From assembly GCA_030696305.1 (NCBI GenBank), contig JAUYSP010000058.1, forward strand, positions 1 through 32,000: a DNA stretch of 32,000 bases, in the 5' to 3' direction. Below the pieces are notes generated by a model. The model did not search any database. It was given only the letters and a program-made list of their open reading frames with translations, and was not told the DNA's origin. The translations under genes and the position numbers were made by a program. Numbering within the stretch: position 1 is the first letter of the stretch; every line of letters begins with the position of its first letter. The stretch is from Legionellaceae bacterium (GTDB taxonomy: Bacteria; Pseudomonadota; Gammaproteobacteria; Legionellales; Legionellaceae). Shown here in pieces: positions 9,217 to 17,846 of the stretch.

Positions 9217-10140
9217 CTACAAGTTGAAATGGTGGTTAACCCCCACGCGGATGATGTTTCCATTGAATCGCGTTGAAGCCTGAGAATTAACAACGGTGAT
9301 AGGATCAACTAACACTGGGATTGTAATGATTGTAGGGCTTAGGGTATAACTTACTCGCCCCAAATCATAGTAGAGATATTCAACTTTTGCACTCCAGTTT
9401 GGCATAAACATCCATTCTGCATCAGCACCAGCCGTCCAACCCAATAGTGTGTGTGAATAACGCCCAGAACTGAAACTTTGCGGCGTTAGAGAAAATAGCG
9501 GAGGAGAGGTGGCACTGTCATTATTTGTTTGAGTTACAGAGGCCGATGATGAGACACCACCATAGGCGAATCCCCCTGTTCCATGGAGTAATAATGTAGG
9601 TGTGGCTAGCCCACCTAATCGTCCACGAATAGTCCCAAGATAATTCGTTCGCTTACTAACGTTCAACGAAGATCCAAAAAACTTACCAGGAACATATACC
9701 AGAGCCCCTTCGTCAAAAATGCCAACCAATGGAACAATAGTAGACGTTTGTCCGTTATTATGTCCAGAAGCAATGCCTTGAAAATCCGCTTCAAGTCCAC
9801 CAATCCAGCGATCCGTAAATTGCCAATTGTAGCCAATTTGAGCGCCGCCAATGAACCCCGAGTTGTTCGTAGAGATAGTTCCAGATGCCCCCTGCGCTGA
9901 TTGAACTCCCGTATAGATTGCCCCATTGGGGAATAAAAGGGTTTGCGAGCCTTGAACAAAGGAGGACAAGATGGTCGTGTTGGTATTTTCACTCCAAATT
10001 CCACCAGCATTTAGACCAGCATAAAAACCGGCCCACTTCGGAGACGGTACTGACGCCTCAGCGTTGGAAAGAGTACCACTGAAAGCCAATCCAGTAGAAA
10101 GTACCAGTACAGCAGTGGAGACAAGAGTATTTTTTATCAT
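9217..10140 (-). CDS. Outer-membrane beta-barrel (porin-like/OmpA-like transmembrane domain) protein
   Basis: Signal peptide MIKNTLVSTAVLVLSTGLAFSG...; WAGFYAGLNAGGIW, GGAQIGYNWQF, GGLEADFQG, GTIRGRLG, GWTAGADAEWMFMPNWSAKVEYLYYDLG, NIIRVGVNHHFNL. The ORF track start (10164) is probably upstream of the true start. Confidence 0.88.
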   Translation of the reverse strand: MIKNTLVSTAVLVLSTGLAFSGTLSNAEASVPSPKWAGFYAGLNAGGIWSENTNTTILSSFVQGSQTLLFPNGAIYTGVQSAQGASGTISTNNSGFIGGAQIGYNWQFTDRWIGGLEADFQGIASGHNNGQTSTIVPLVGIFDEGALVYVPGKFFGSSLNVSKRTNYLGTIRGRLGGLATPTLLLHGTGGFAYGGVSSSASVTQTNNDSATSPPLFSLTPQSFSSGRYSHTLLGWTAGADAEWMFMPNWSAKVEYLYYDLGRVSYTLSPTIITIPVLVDPITVVNSQASTRFNGNIIRVGVNHHFNL

Positions 10141-10264
10141 TATTGTTTCAGTCCTTTGAATCATAAAATTAAGATCATCTAGAGTGCTCTAGCCCTTTGT
10201 GTCAAACATCTGAAAAAAATACGTCATGAATGAAGTGATTTCCTGATGCCATTTTAAACTCATT

Positions 10265-10291
10265 CAATGGTAGGAGGGTGGGAGTCGAACC
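10265..10291 (-). repeat. Decayed tRNA 3'-end-like segment resembling the 3' end of the tRNA-Leu at 12294-12380 (candidate attachment-site duplicate)
   Basis: caatggtaggagggtgggagtcgaacc compared with 12291-12318 caatggtaccgagggtcggactcgaacc. I count 24 identities over 28 columns with one gap, same orientation; reads GGTTCGACTCCCACCCTCCTACCA on the minus strand. Confidence 0.5.
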
Positions 10292-10426
10292 TCAGAATAA
10301 TAAGGACTCGGAACTTATCTTAGATCTTACCCTACGTTGGATATGATACCCGATTCGAATGAGTACGAAAAGATGCAGATCATGATGACTCCCAGCGATT
10401 TTTTGATAATTTCTTGTAGGAATTTT

Positions 10427-11863
10427 TTAGCGTGGAGCCATCGAAATATCTAATGAATCATCTATAATTTCTTCTATGCTTGGTTTTAATGGGTTAAAGA
10501 GCCCATTACTCCCATGGCGACTTTCGGCTCTAGGAATGGGAGCAGATAATGATTTTATTGAGATACTTTCTAGAATAATATTTTCTAGATTATTATAAAA
10601 ATTTTTATTCTGTTTTAAGTAAGAGGTAATTTTTGGCCATTCTTCGATCATTTTTTGAAAATTAAGAAGCTTATATTTATTTGATTTTGTACTATTGTTT
10701 GAATCGATCATATTACTATGAAATGACAAGCGTAGATAAGGATCAAAAAAAATGTTATACGAATCTTTTACTTCTTGTGAAAAGTTTAATTCAGGCAGTT
10801 GTGTAATTTGCTGCAAAGCGGACAAGGTTGGTATTTTTAAGAAGGCATTTGTTGACCAGTAATAAGGAAGTACATTCATTGAGATACAGCGCTCTAATGT
10901 ATTGTCTCCTGAAACACCAGCAATTTTGGCTAGTTGATACATAGCATTAAATGATGAATCACTTAGATTAAACCCGGATAAAATTTTTATGGTTTTTAAG
11001 CCTACCTGATTTGCATAAGCAATAATTGCAGAATAATTTCCTGGATTGATCATCTCAATTTGTCTAACTACAGTATCTTTAAACATGTTACTAATAAAAG
11101 CATTCCATGTTTCACTCTCTGTATATCCGTCCAAACTACGACCTGAATGGTAGATAATAATATCTTTACCTACAAAGGAATCATTAATACCAAAAAGATA
11201 TAAAAACGAGAAAAAATCAGATGTTATATTAAAATATGCTGGTATGAGAATATAATTATCACTAAAGGTTTTAAAGTCAGAAGAATGGGTGCATGCTAGT
11301 AGCTGTGTCGAAAACGCAGGATCACTTTTTTCAATGGCACCCCAAGCCTCATCAACGCTTAAATGAGAACCCTGTTGTATTTTAATACCATGACATTTAC
11401 GTGACAAACCGAGGTTTCTTTGTTTATAGTTAGTCATGTCACGACCTTTGTTAAACATGGTGCATATGAATGATGTTAAATCTTGTGCCCCTTCATGATC
11501 TCCAATATATTTGATAGGTATTCCTTGTTTAACATAGGGCTCATATAGTTCAAATATAGAGTCATACGAAATCAAAATAACTTGTTCAACTTCGTTTAAT
11601 AGTTTTTGCATTACAAAGTCGGAGCTCAAGCGAGCATGGTCATCATTTTTTCCATAAAAAAATCGAATACCTAATGCTCTTAATCTCTCACCAATTCTTA
11701 CATAATTAGATTCCAAACCAGTAGCCTCGAAGCAAACGATGGAAATGAACTCCACATGTTTGAACTTAGGATTAGCCAACAACATTTTTATAATGTCTTC
11801 AAAATGTGTAAAATCACCTACACCATCGCTGTTGATTGTGTTAAAAATAACGTACTTAGGCAT
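10427..11863 (-). CDS. Hypothetical protein (478 aa), possible GT-B glycosyltransferase-like fold; candidate secreted effector
   Basis: Long ORF; N-terminus MPKYVIFNTINSDGVGDFTHFEDIIKMLLANPKFKHVEFISIVCF and AIIAYANQVGLKTIKILSG...IAGVSGDNTLERCISMNVLPYY resemble glycosyltransferase donor-site patterns. The C-terminal tail PSIEEIIDDSLDISMAPR is acidic. The family call is tentative. Confidence 0.55.
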   Translation of the reverse strand: MPKYVIFNTINSDGVGDFTHFEDIIKMLLANPKFKHVEFISIVCFEATGLESNYVRIGERLRALGIRFFYGKNDDHARLSSDFVMQKLLNEVEQVILISYDSIFELYEPYVKQGIPIKYIGDHEGAQDLTSFICTMFNKGRDMTNYKQRNLGLSRKCHGIKIQQGSHLSVDEAWGAIEKSDPAFSTQLLACTHSSDFKTFSDNYILIPAYFNITSDFFSFLYLFGINDSFVGKDIIIYHSGRSLDGYTESETWNAFISNMFKDTVVRQIEMINPGNYSAIIAYANQVGLKTIKILSGFNLSDSSFNAMYQLAKIAGVSGDNTLERCISMNVLPYYWSTNAFLKIPTLSALQQITQLPELNFSQEVKDSYNIFFDPYLRLSFHSNMIDSNNSTKSNKYKLLNFQKMIEEWPKITSYLKQNKNFYNNLENIILESISIKSLSAPIPRAESRHGSNGLFNPLKPSIEEIIDDSLDISMAPR

Positions 11864-11955
11864 ATATTAATCACTATACAATCAATAATGTTCAAAATTA
11901 TAACACAATGGGATTGTAAATTCATCAATTGGGGTGTTGCACAAGCCTTATAATT

Positions 11956-12126
11956 TTAGATTGTTCTAAATAATTGACCTGCTTTAATAAAAGAAATATT
12001 AGGAGCGATAGGTTGAGGAATTTGGTTCAATTCCAGAAGCCTTAGTTCTAATACCAGACCATAGAGATAAGCATGGCGTTTTTTATCGCCAATCTTTAAA
12101 GATTTTATATATGAGTCGGTTAACAT
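11956..12126 (-). CDS. Possible small ORF (56 aa)
   Basis: Manual translation: MLTDSYIKSLKIGDKKRHAYLYGLVLELRLLELNQIPQPIAPNISFIKAGQLFRTI*. A GAGG motif lies 11 nt before the ATG. Below the size cut-off of the provided ORF track. Confidence 0.3.
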   Translation of the reverse strand: MLTDSYIKSLKIGDKKRHAYLYGLVLELRLLELNQIPQPIAPNISFIKAGQLFRTI

Positions 12127-12293
12127 TATAGATTACCTCAACTAAGCGGCAACTTTGAATGAGGGATAAAAATCTTACTCAAAGTGCCCGCAAATGGGAA
12201 ATAGCCGATAATTAGAAGTCTGTATTATTACAATATAAATCAAGAAGTTATGTGCCGTTTTGAACCATTGAGAACTGTTGTAAAATTTCTCAA

Positions 12294-12380
12294 TGGTACC
12301 GAGGGTCGGACTCGAACCGACACGGTGTCACCACCACAGGATTTTGAATCCAGCGCGTCTACCAATTCCGCCACCCCGGC
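12294..12380 (-). tRNA. tRNA-Leu (CAA anticodon)
   Basis: Minus strand: GCCGGGGTGGCGGAATTGGTAGACGCGCTGGATTCAAAATCCTGTGGTGGTGACACCGTGTCGGTTCGAGTCCGACCCTCGGTACCA. Class II tRNA with long variable arm (GGTG-GTGA-CACC), acceptor stem pairs with two G-T wobbles, D-loop GGTAGAC, anticodon loop TTCAAAA, encoded CCA. Confidence 0.97.
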
Positions 12381-12503
12381 ATAGGGGGCATTATAACAAA
12401 GAATTCAGGCGATACAAGGTTTTTCTTAGCTTGATCTTTATTATTCTAGAGTAGGTACTATGCTTATAGTAATCAAGTGCGCTCTCAACAAGGATTGTTC
12501 ATT

Positions 12504-14156
12504 ATGAGTAAACTTTCTATTAGTAATTATTTGCTTCAACGCTTAGTCGAATTGGGTATTGAGGATATTTTCGGTGTTCCCGGTGATTATAATTTATCGT
12601 TCCTCGACCAAATCGTACAATACAAAAATTTACGCTGGGTGGGAAATTGCAATGAGTTAAATGCAGCGTATGCAGCGGATGGCTACGCGAGAGTGAGAGG
12701 AGCCGCGGCGTTAGTGACGACTTTTGGTGTTGGAGAGCTGAGTGCTATTAATGGGATCGCTGGAAGTTATGCCGAATTTGTTCCTGTGGTGAATATTGTT
12801 GGTGCGCCATCAACCACTATTCAGCAATCCGGCGCACTGATGCATCATACGTTAGGAACGTCGCGTTTTGATGTGTTTATGACAATGTTTGAAAAAGTTT
12901 CTGCTGCCGTGGTTATTTTAGACTCTGCTGAAAATGCTGGCGAACGCATTGATAGTGCGTTGGAAACATGTTGGATTAAAAAACAACCTGTGTACATCAG
13001 CATACCTAGTGATATGGTCCTTGTAGAAATTGATGCGCCGAAAAAGCCGTTATGTTTGAATTATCCACCATCTGATCCAGATGTTGTCAATGAATTAATT
13101 GCACGGATCAATTTAATCATTCGAAAAGCAAAATCACCAGTTATTCTTGCAGATTTGTGTGCAGTCAGGCATTCCATGAAAGCATTAATTCATGAATTGT
13201 TGGATAAAACGGGTATTCCTTTTGCAACGATGAATATGGGAAAAGGTATTATTGATGAATCGCATGCTAACTTTTTAGGAATGTATAATGGTCTATATAG
13301 TTCACCTGGTGTTAAAGAACGAGTTGAACATGCTGATTGTATCTTATCATTCGGATCACTCTTATCGGATTTTAACACGGGTGGTTTTACGACGGATATG
13401 AAAGTAAATTCTACTATTGAAATTCATAGTAATTACGTAAAAATTAGGCATTCTTCTTATCCTTCAGTGTATTTTAATGCAGTTATTCCAGCTTTAATCC
13501 ACGCTTTGCATGGATATCAACATAAGGAAAAAATAGCTCGGATACCTCAAGTTGTTGCATCTCCTAGCAAATCACATATTACTCAAGCGTGGTTTTGGGC
13601 AAAGATGGGCTCATTTTTTAAAAGTCACGATATTATTATTGCTGAAACTGGTACGAGCATGTTTGGTTTGCTTGAAACCGCAGTACCCGATCATAGTACG
13701 GTTATTGCCCAAACATTGTGGGCGTCGATTGGTTATTCAGTTGGCGCAATATTGGGGGCGGCGTTAGCAGATCAAACACGACGGACTATTTTGTTCGTGG
13801 GTGATGGCTCGTTTCAATTAACTGCCCAAGAAATTTCAACGGTAATGCGTCATCACTTATCTCCTATTGTCTTTTTATTGAATAATGATGGTTATACAAT
13901 TGAGCGTGTTATTCATGGTCCAAACATGAGTTATAATGATATCCAGCCCTGGCAATACGCTAAGTTGCCTACTATTTTTGGAGATAATGTATTTTCTTGT
14001 GTTGTGGAAACAGCGCAAGATTTGGATCATGCAATAAATAAAATAGATGAACATCGTGATAAATTGTGCTTCATCGAAGTCAAGATGAAACGAGACGATT
14101 GTCCTGATAATTTACGTGAATTGGGGCGAGCTTGCGAATTGAAAAATGAACGTTAA
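12504..14156 (+). CDS. Thiamine-diphosphate-dependent 2-oxo-acid decarboxylase (indolepyruvate/phenylpyruvate/pyruvate decarboxylase-like)
   Basis: VELGIEDIFGVPGDYNLSFLDQI, GNCNELNAAYAADGYARVRG, TTFGVGELSAINGIAGSYAEFVPVVNIVGAPST, GDGSFQLTAQEISTVMRHHLSPIVFLLNNDGYTIERVIHG (ThDP-binding motif). Start at ATG preceded by AAGGA; the track start at 12477 is upstream. Confidence 0.9.
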   Translation: MSKLSISNYLLQRLVELGIEDIFGVPGDYNLSFLDQIVQYKNLRWVGNCNELNAAYAADGYARVRGAAALVTTFGVGELSAINGIAGSYAEFVPVVNIVGAPSTTIQQSGALMHHTLGTSRFDVFMTMFEKVSAAVVILDSAENAGERIDSALETCWIKKQPVYISIPSDMVLVEIDAPKKPLCLNYPPSDPDVVNELIARINLIIRKAKSPVILADLCAVRHSMKALIHELLDKTGIPFATMNMGKGIIDESHANFLGMYNGLYSSPGVKERVEHADCILSFGSLLSDFNTGGFTTDMKVNSTIEIHSNYVKIRHSSYPSVYFNAVIPALIHALHGYQHKEKIARIPQVVASPSKSHITQAWFWAKMGSFFKSHDIIIAETGTSMFGLLETAVPDHSTVIAQTLWASIGYSVGAILGAALADQTRRTILFVGDGSFQLTAQEISTVMRHHLSPIVFLLNNDGYTIERVIHGPNMSYNDIQPWQYAKLPTIFGDNVFSCVVETAQDLDHAINKIDEHRDKLCFIEVKMKRDDCPDNLRELGRACELKNER

Positions 14157-14323
14157 GGCTCAGTAGAGTAGGGCATGGGTTCGTAAATTATGTATTAGAT
14201 TATTCGAGGTGCGTCATGATGATGCATCTCGGTTGATAGGATTGACCCTATAAAAAATGAAACTTGCCATTATATTTTCATAATGTAAAATTCCACATAT
14301 TGCTCCTAAAATATTATCAAAAT

Positions 14324-15856
14324 ATGCTTGACCGAACTGAGTTTCCTCTTGTTCCGATACTACCTAATGAAGAGGGCAAATATGTTCCTCCAACCACTCG
14401 CTTTGGTATACTTCCTTATTATCGTCAAAACAATCAAATATTTTGGGGGGTTGTGCGTTCTAATCGGCTTGGGTTCGAAGCGATTGGCGTGCCAGCTGGC
14501 ATTCAGGATGTACTTGTTTTTAAAGGTGAGCTAAGTTTTGCTCTTGAGGTGGGTAAACCAATTCCCAATTTAAATATCATTGAACTAGACGACTTTGTTG
14601 GCATGCTGTTTCGAGAGGATATTTATCACCAAATTATTTCTATTCTTGAAGCAAATCAATTTTCTGTTTTCCTTGAACATCCCATGGTTACAGCAATGCA
14701 TGAAGCCCAAGAAGAACACGGCATCGATTTGCGAAAGCAAGGGGGAAGAGATGTTCATTTGTTAAATTTTTTACATGTTTTACCCGAGCAAGCTCTTTCC
14801 GGGCGGCAAGGAGCTCATGCTCAATGTTTATGGGTTGCATCTTTAAAAAATGCTGACGGTGTGGCGTTAAATCGAACCGACAAAATTGATCAAAAAATTC
14901 GTCGTAATCTTGGTCGAAGGTTTTATGAGGCAGGTTGCTGGGAAACATTAGAAACGATTCAAAACAATTTAATAAGCATCCAAAATGATATTTCCGAACA
15001 TGATCAAAGTAGTTTAATTGCGGGTGCAATAAGCACTTATGAAGAAACTTTGAAATTATTAATAGGGCTTGAGCAGCAGATCAGAAAAGATTTAAACATG
15101 CCACAATTACCTCTGTTTAACCCACATATCATCAAAGATATTTTCTCTTTAAAAGCGGTTTTAAGGGATAAACATATCAGTTATAACACTTGGCTTATAC
15201 TCGATTTAGATAACACAGTAATGGAATCAATCTCTGAATTGGGTAGTGATCAATGGTTCACAGCGATGCGCGACCAGGCTTGCCTTGTTCTTCAGGACAC
15301 AAGCACAGCGGCTCAATTATCACTCTCAATTTATTTGGCTGTACAAAAATTTATTCATACTAAACCAGTTGAAGAAAATGTAGTGAAAATTATTCAAACT
15401 TTACAAGCAATTGGTCTTCCCATTATTGCTTTAACGGCGCGATCTGAGTCGATTATAGAAGACACGATTCGTCAATTACAAGCGATTGAAATTGATTTTT
15501 CTAAAACTGCACCAGCAATTGATTCTGGCCAATTTCCTTACCACAAGGGCATTATTTTTTGTAGTGGAAGAGATAAAGGGAAAACGTGGCAATCTATCAT
15601 GGTTCAATCTAGCAACTATCCGAAACATATTGTGATGTTAGATGATCACGCACGCCATTTAGATCGCATGTCTCAAGCTTTACAGGAAAAATCTCCCAAG
15701 ACTGCTTTTACAGGATTAAAATATAGATTTCTCGATAGCAAGGTTAGCTTATTTAATATGAAAAAGGCGGATGTTCAACTGGCTATGCTTCGGGAAAAGT
15801 TGCCCGAAGATGTGCAAGAGAACATAAAACAGATCGGTTTGTGCCAAGTGATTTAA
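14324..15856 (+). CDS. Nudix-like N-terminal domain fused to C-terminal DUF2608 (HAD-like) domain
   Basis: N-terminal GILPYYRQNNQIFWGVVRSNRLGFEAIGVPAGIQD...HPMVTAMHEAQEEHGIDL (Nudix-box-like half). C-terminal WLILDLDNTVMESISELGSDQWF, IIALTARSE, GIIFCSGRDKGK, HIVMLDDHARHLDRM, KTAFTGLKYRFLDSKV is characteristic of DUF2608. Start could also be the track start at 14264. Confidence 0.75.
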   Translation: MLDRTEFPLVPILPNEEGKYVPPTTRFGILPYYRQNNQIFWGVVRSNRLGFEAIGVPAGIQDVLVFKGELSFALEVGKPIPNLNIIELDDFVGMLFREDIYHQIISILEANQFSVFLEHPMVTAMHEAQEEHGIDLRKQGGRDVHLLNFLHVLPEQALSGRQGAHAQCLWVASLKNADGVALNRTDKIDQKIRRNLGRRFYEAGCWETLETIQNNLISIQNDISEHDQSSLIAGAISTYEETLKLLIGLEQQIRKDLNMPQLPLFNPHIIKDIFSLKAVLRDKHISYNTWLILDLDNTVMESISELGSDQWFTAMRDQACLVLQDTSTAAQLSLSIYLAVQKFIHTKPVEENVVKIIQTLQAIGLPIIALTARSESIIEDTIRQLQAIEIDFSKTAPAIDSGQFPYHKGIIFCSGRDKGKTWQSIMVQSSNYPKHIVMLDDHARHLDRMSQALQEKSPKTAFTGLKYRFLDSKVSLFNMKKADVQLAMLREKLPEDVQENIKQIGLCQVI

Positions 15857-15873
15857 ATTTGCGCACCAAGTTT

Positions 15874-16470
15874 TTAACGTAACTCGTCATTTATTTGAGC
15901 GAAACAATCATTAAGCATTTCTCTTACCGTATTTAACGGCAAACCCATGACTGAATAAAAACAACCATCAATACGAGAAATAAATTGTCCAATATAACTT
16001 TGAATTCCATAGGCACCCGATTTATCTTTGTAATTATCAGATGCTAAATAATGTCGAATGACTTCATCGCTCATTTTTGCAAAGGTAACCCATGTTGTGT
16101 TCATACGGATTGTTTCATAATCTTTGTAGATTAGCCCAACGCTCGTAATTACTTGGTGGGATTGCCCTGAATATTGGCGTAGCATGTTAAAGGCATCGTC
16201 TTCATCGCGGGGTTTTCCTAAGATTTTGCCATTCAAAACAACTTCAGTATCAGCACATAAAACTGGTAAATAATGCAAATTTTCATTGATAATTTTATCT
16301 CTTGCTGCATGGAGTTTTTCTTGTGTAACCCTTGTTGAGTATTCTTCAGGCCTCTCGTTCGGTTTTACAATTTCTGGTGCATCAACTGATAATAGTTCAA
16401 ATGGAACTTCCATTTGCTTAAGTAATTCGTTTCGTCTTGGGCTTTTTGAGGCCAAATAAATTTTCATCAT
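15874..16470 (-). CDS. maf: Maf family nucleotide pyrophosphatase
   Basis: MKIYLASKSPRRNELLKQMEVPFELL, VLCADTEVVLNGKILGKPRDEDDAFNMLRQYSGQSHQVITSV, DKSGAYGIQSYIGQFISRIDGCFYSVMGLPL. Confidence 0.95.
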   Translation of the reverse strand: MMKIYLASKSPRRNELLKQMEVPFELLSVDAPEIVKPNERPEEYSTRVTQEKLHAARDKIINENLHYLPVLCADTEVVLNGKILGKPRDEDDAFNMLRQYSGQSHQVITSVGLIYKDYETIRMNTTWVTFAKMSDEVIRHYLASDNYKDKSGAYGIQSYIGQFISRIDGCFYSVMGLPLNTVREMLNDCFAQINDELR

Positions 16471-16497
16471 ATACTCCTGCGTAGTGATGATATAAGG

Positions 16498-17793
16498 CTA
16501 CAATTCTGTAATTTCTATCATCTTCTGCAACGCTTTTTTTGCATTATCGATAACCCATTGTTGATCCATAAGTTGTAATCGATTACGCACGCCAGTGAAT
16601 TCATTAACTACGTCTCCTGCACGAACTTCGTTGTATGCCATTGATTTACCTTGGCGTAGTAAATCCACGAGTCCGATTAGATGAGGTGGGTCGTTTCTTG
16701 ACATTGTTGCACAACCGCATCCTATCCCTTTTTCATTTGGTGCTTTAGGAGCCTCGGCTAAATTGACTACTTGAATACCTAGCGGAATGCAGTATTGTTT
16801 TAAATTTTCAACCATGTGATTTTCTGTGCCAATAGCATATCGCTTGGTTCCAGCACGATCATGGACAACATAATCCCAAATAAATGCAGTGGATCCTGCG
16901 TGATTTGCTATTCGAACAACATCATTACGGCATTCTGGATGAACAATCGTGGTGTAGCCTTTACTTTGCCAATACTCATTCATATAGGGTTGATAATGGG
17001 TGTGTACTGCACATTCACTAGCAAATAAAATAAGCTCCGCTTTATCAAATGCGTCCAGAGTATTTTTATCTTGGACTTCTAGAGCGTATTGAGCCCCGGC
17101 AGTGCCACCTGGCCAATAAGCGATATTTTTAATCCCGAGCCAATACGCCACGTTTTCACCCATGTGCTGATCAGGAATAAAGAGTATTTTTTTATTTTGG
17201 CGTTGAGCCCATTGAAAAATCTTTTTAACGTTAGAGCTCGTGCAAACAGCGCCACCTTGAGCGCCAGTCATTGCTTTTACTCGTCCTGAGGTATTCATAT
17301 AACAAACCGGAAGAATATTTTCAGCGCCATAACGTTGATTTAAATCTATAAAAGCGGGTTCCACCATAAAATCTTTAGCAAACATTTCCATCGTGCAACC
17401 CGATTTAGGATTGGTAATATACACATGCTGATTTTCGTTAGCTAAAATACTGATAGATTCTGCCATAAAATGAACGGCTGATTCGATGATAACGGATTTC
17501 TCTGGATGCTGAGCTGCCATTAATGCAAGCTGATATGAGTCACCAATGAGACCGCCAAATTGTTCAATCAAACGAACAATATCACCGCCCATATAATAAT
17601 GGGCTAAAAGCAATAATTGATCACCAAAATGTGCTTGCGCTTTTTCCATATAGGGTTGCATCCACGCAAGGACAGTGGTGAGTTTGCGATCAGGTAATGC
17701 TAAATATTCTTCAGCGTAGGGTGTAAACTCTGGTTGATACCAATCGATAGGGTAGTCGCTTTGGCAAATACTCATATCTTGGGTAATTTTCAT
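16498..17793 (-). CDS. nadA: Quinolinate synthase NadA
   Basis: LLLLAHYYMGGDIVRLIEQFGGLIGDSYQLA, VHFMAES, CYMNTSGRVKAMTGAQGGAVCTSSN, FIPDQHMGENV, VHPECRNDVV, GTENHMVENLKQ, IGCGCATMSRN. Start placed at internal Met (MKITQDM); the track start is 17835. Confidence 0.93.
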   Translation of the reverse strand: MKITQDMSICQSDYPIDWYQPEFTPYAEEYLALPDRKLTTVLAWMQPYMEKAQAHFGDQLLLLAHYYMGGDIVRLIEQFGGLIGDSYQLALMAAQHPEKSVIIESAVHFMAESISILANENQHVYITNPKSGCTMEMFAKDFMVEPAFIDLNQRYGAENILPVCYMNTSGRVKAMTGAQGGAVCTSSNVKKIFQWAQRQNKKILFIPDQHMGENVAYWLGIKNIAYWPGGTAGAQYALEVQDKNTLDAFDKAELILFASECAVHTHYQPYMNEYWQSKGYTTIVHPECRNDVVRIANHAGSTAFIWDYVVHDRAGTKRYAIGTENHMVENLKQYCIPLGIQVVNLAEAPKAPNEKGIGCGCATMSRNDPPHLIGLVDLLRQGKSMAYNEVRAGDVVNEFTGVRNRLQLMDQQWVIDNAKKALQKMIEITEL

Positions 17794-17846
17794 GATAGTC
17801 GATTGGGGTTGGTAAACAGTAGTTGGTTTAAACATATGCTTTCATC

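Noticed and set aside
9663-10082. ORFs of 115 aa and 65 aa overlapping the OMP gene
   Set aside because: Spurious alternative frames of a well supported beta-barrel CDS.
10268-10350. A complete tRNA at this position
   Set aside because: Only the T-loop/CCA end fits. The T-stem 5' side (TGAGG) does not pair with CCCAC, the acceptor spacing is one base short, and no 5' half is found, so it is treated as a remnant.
10268-10630. tmRNA (ssrA) ending at 10268 on the minus strand
   Set aside because: A full-length tmRNA would run into the 478 aa ORF and I see no tag-peptide coding sequence; only the 3'-end resemblance remains.
13190-13767. Overlapping small ORFs inside the 2-oxo-acid decarboxylase gene
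   Set aside because: Contained in a strongly supported CDS.
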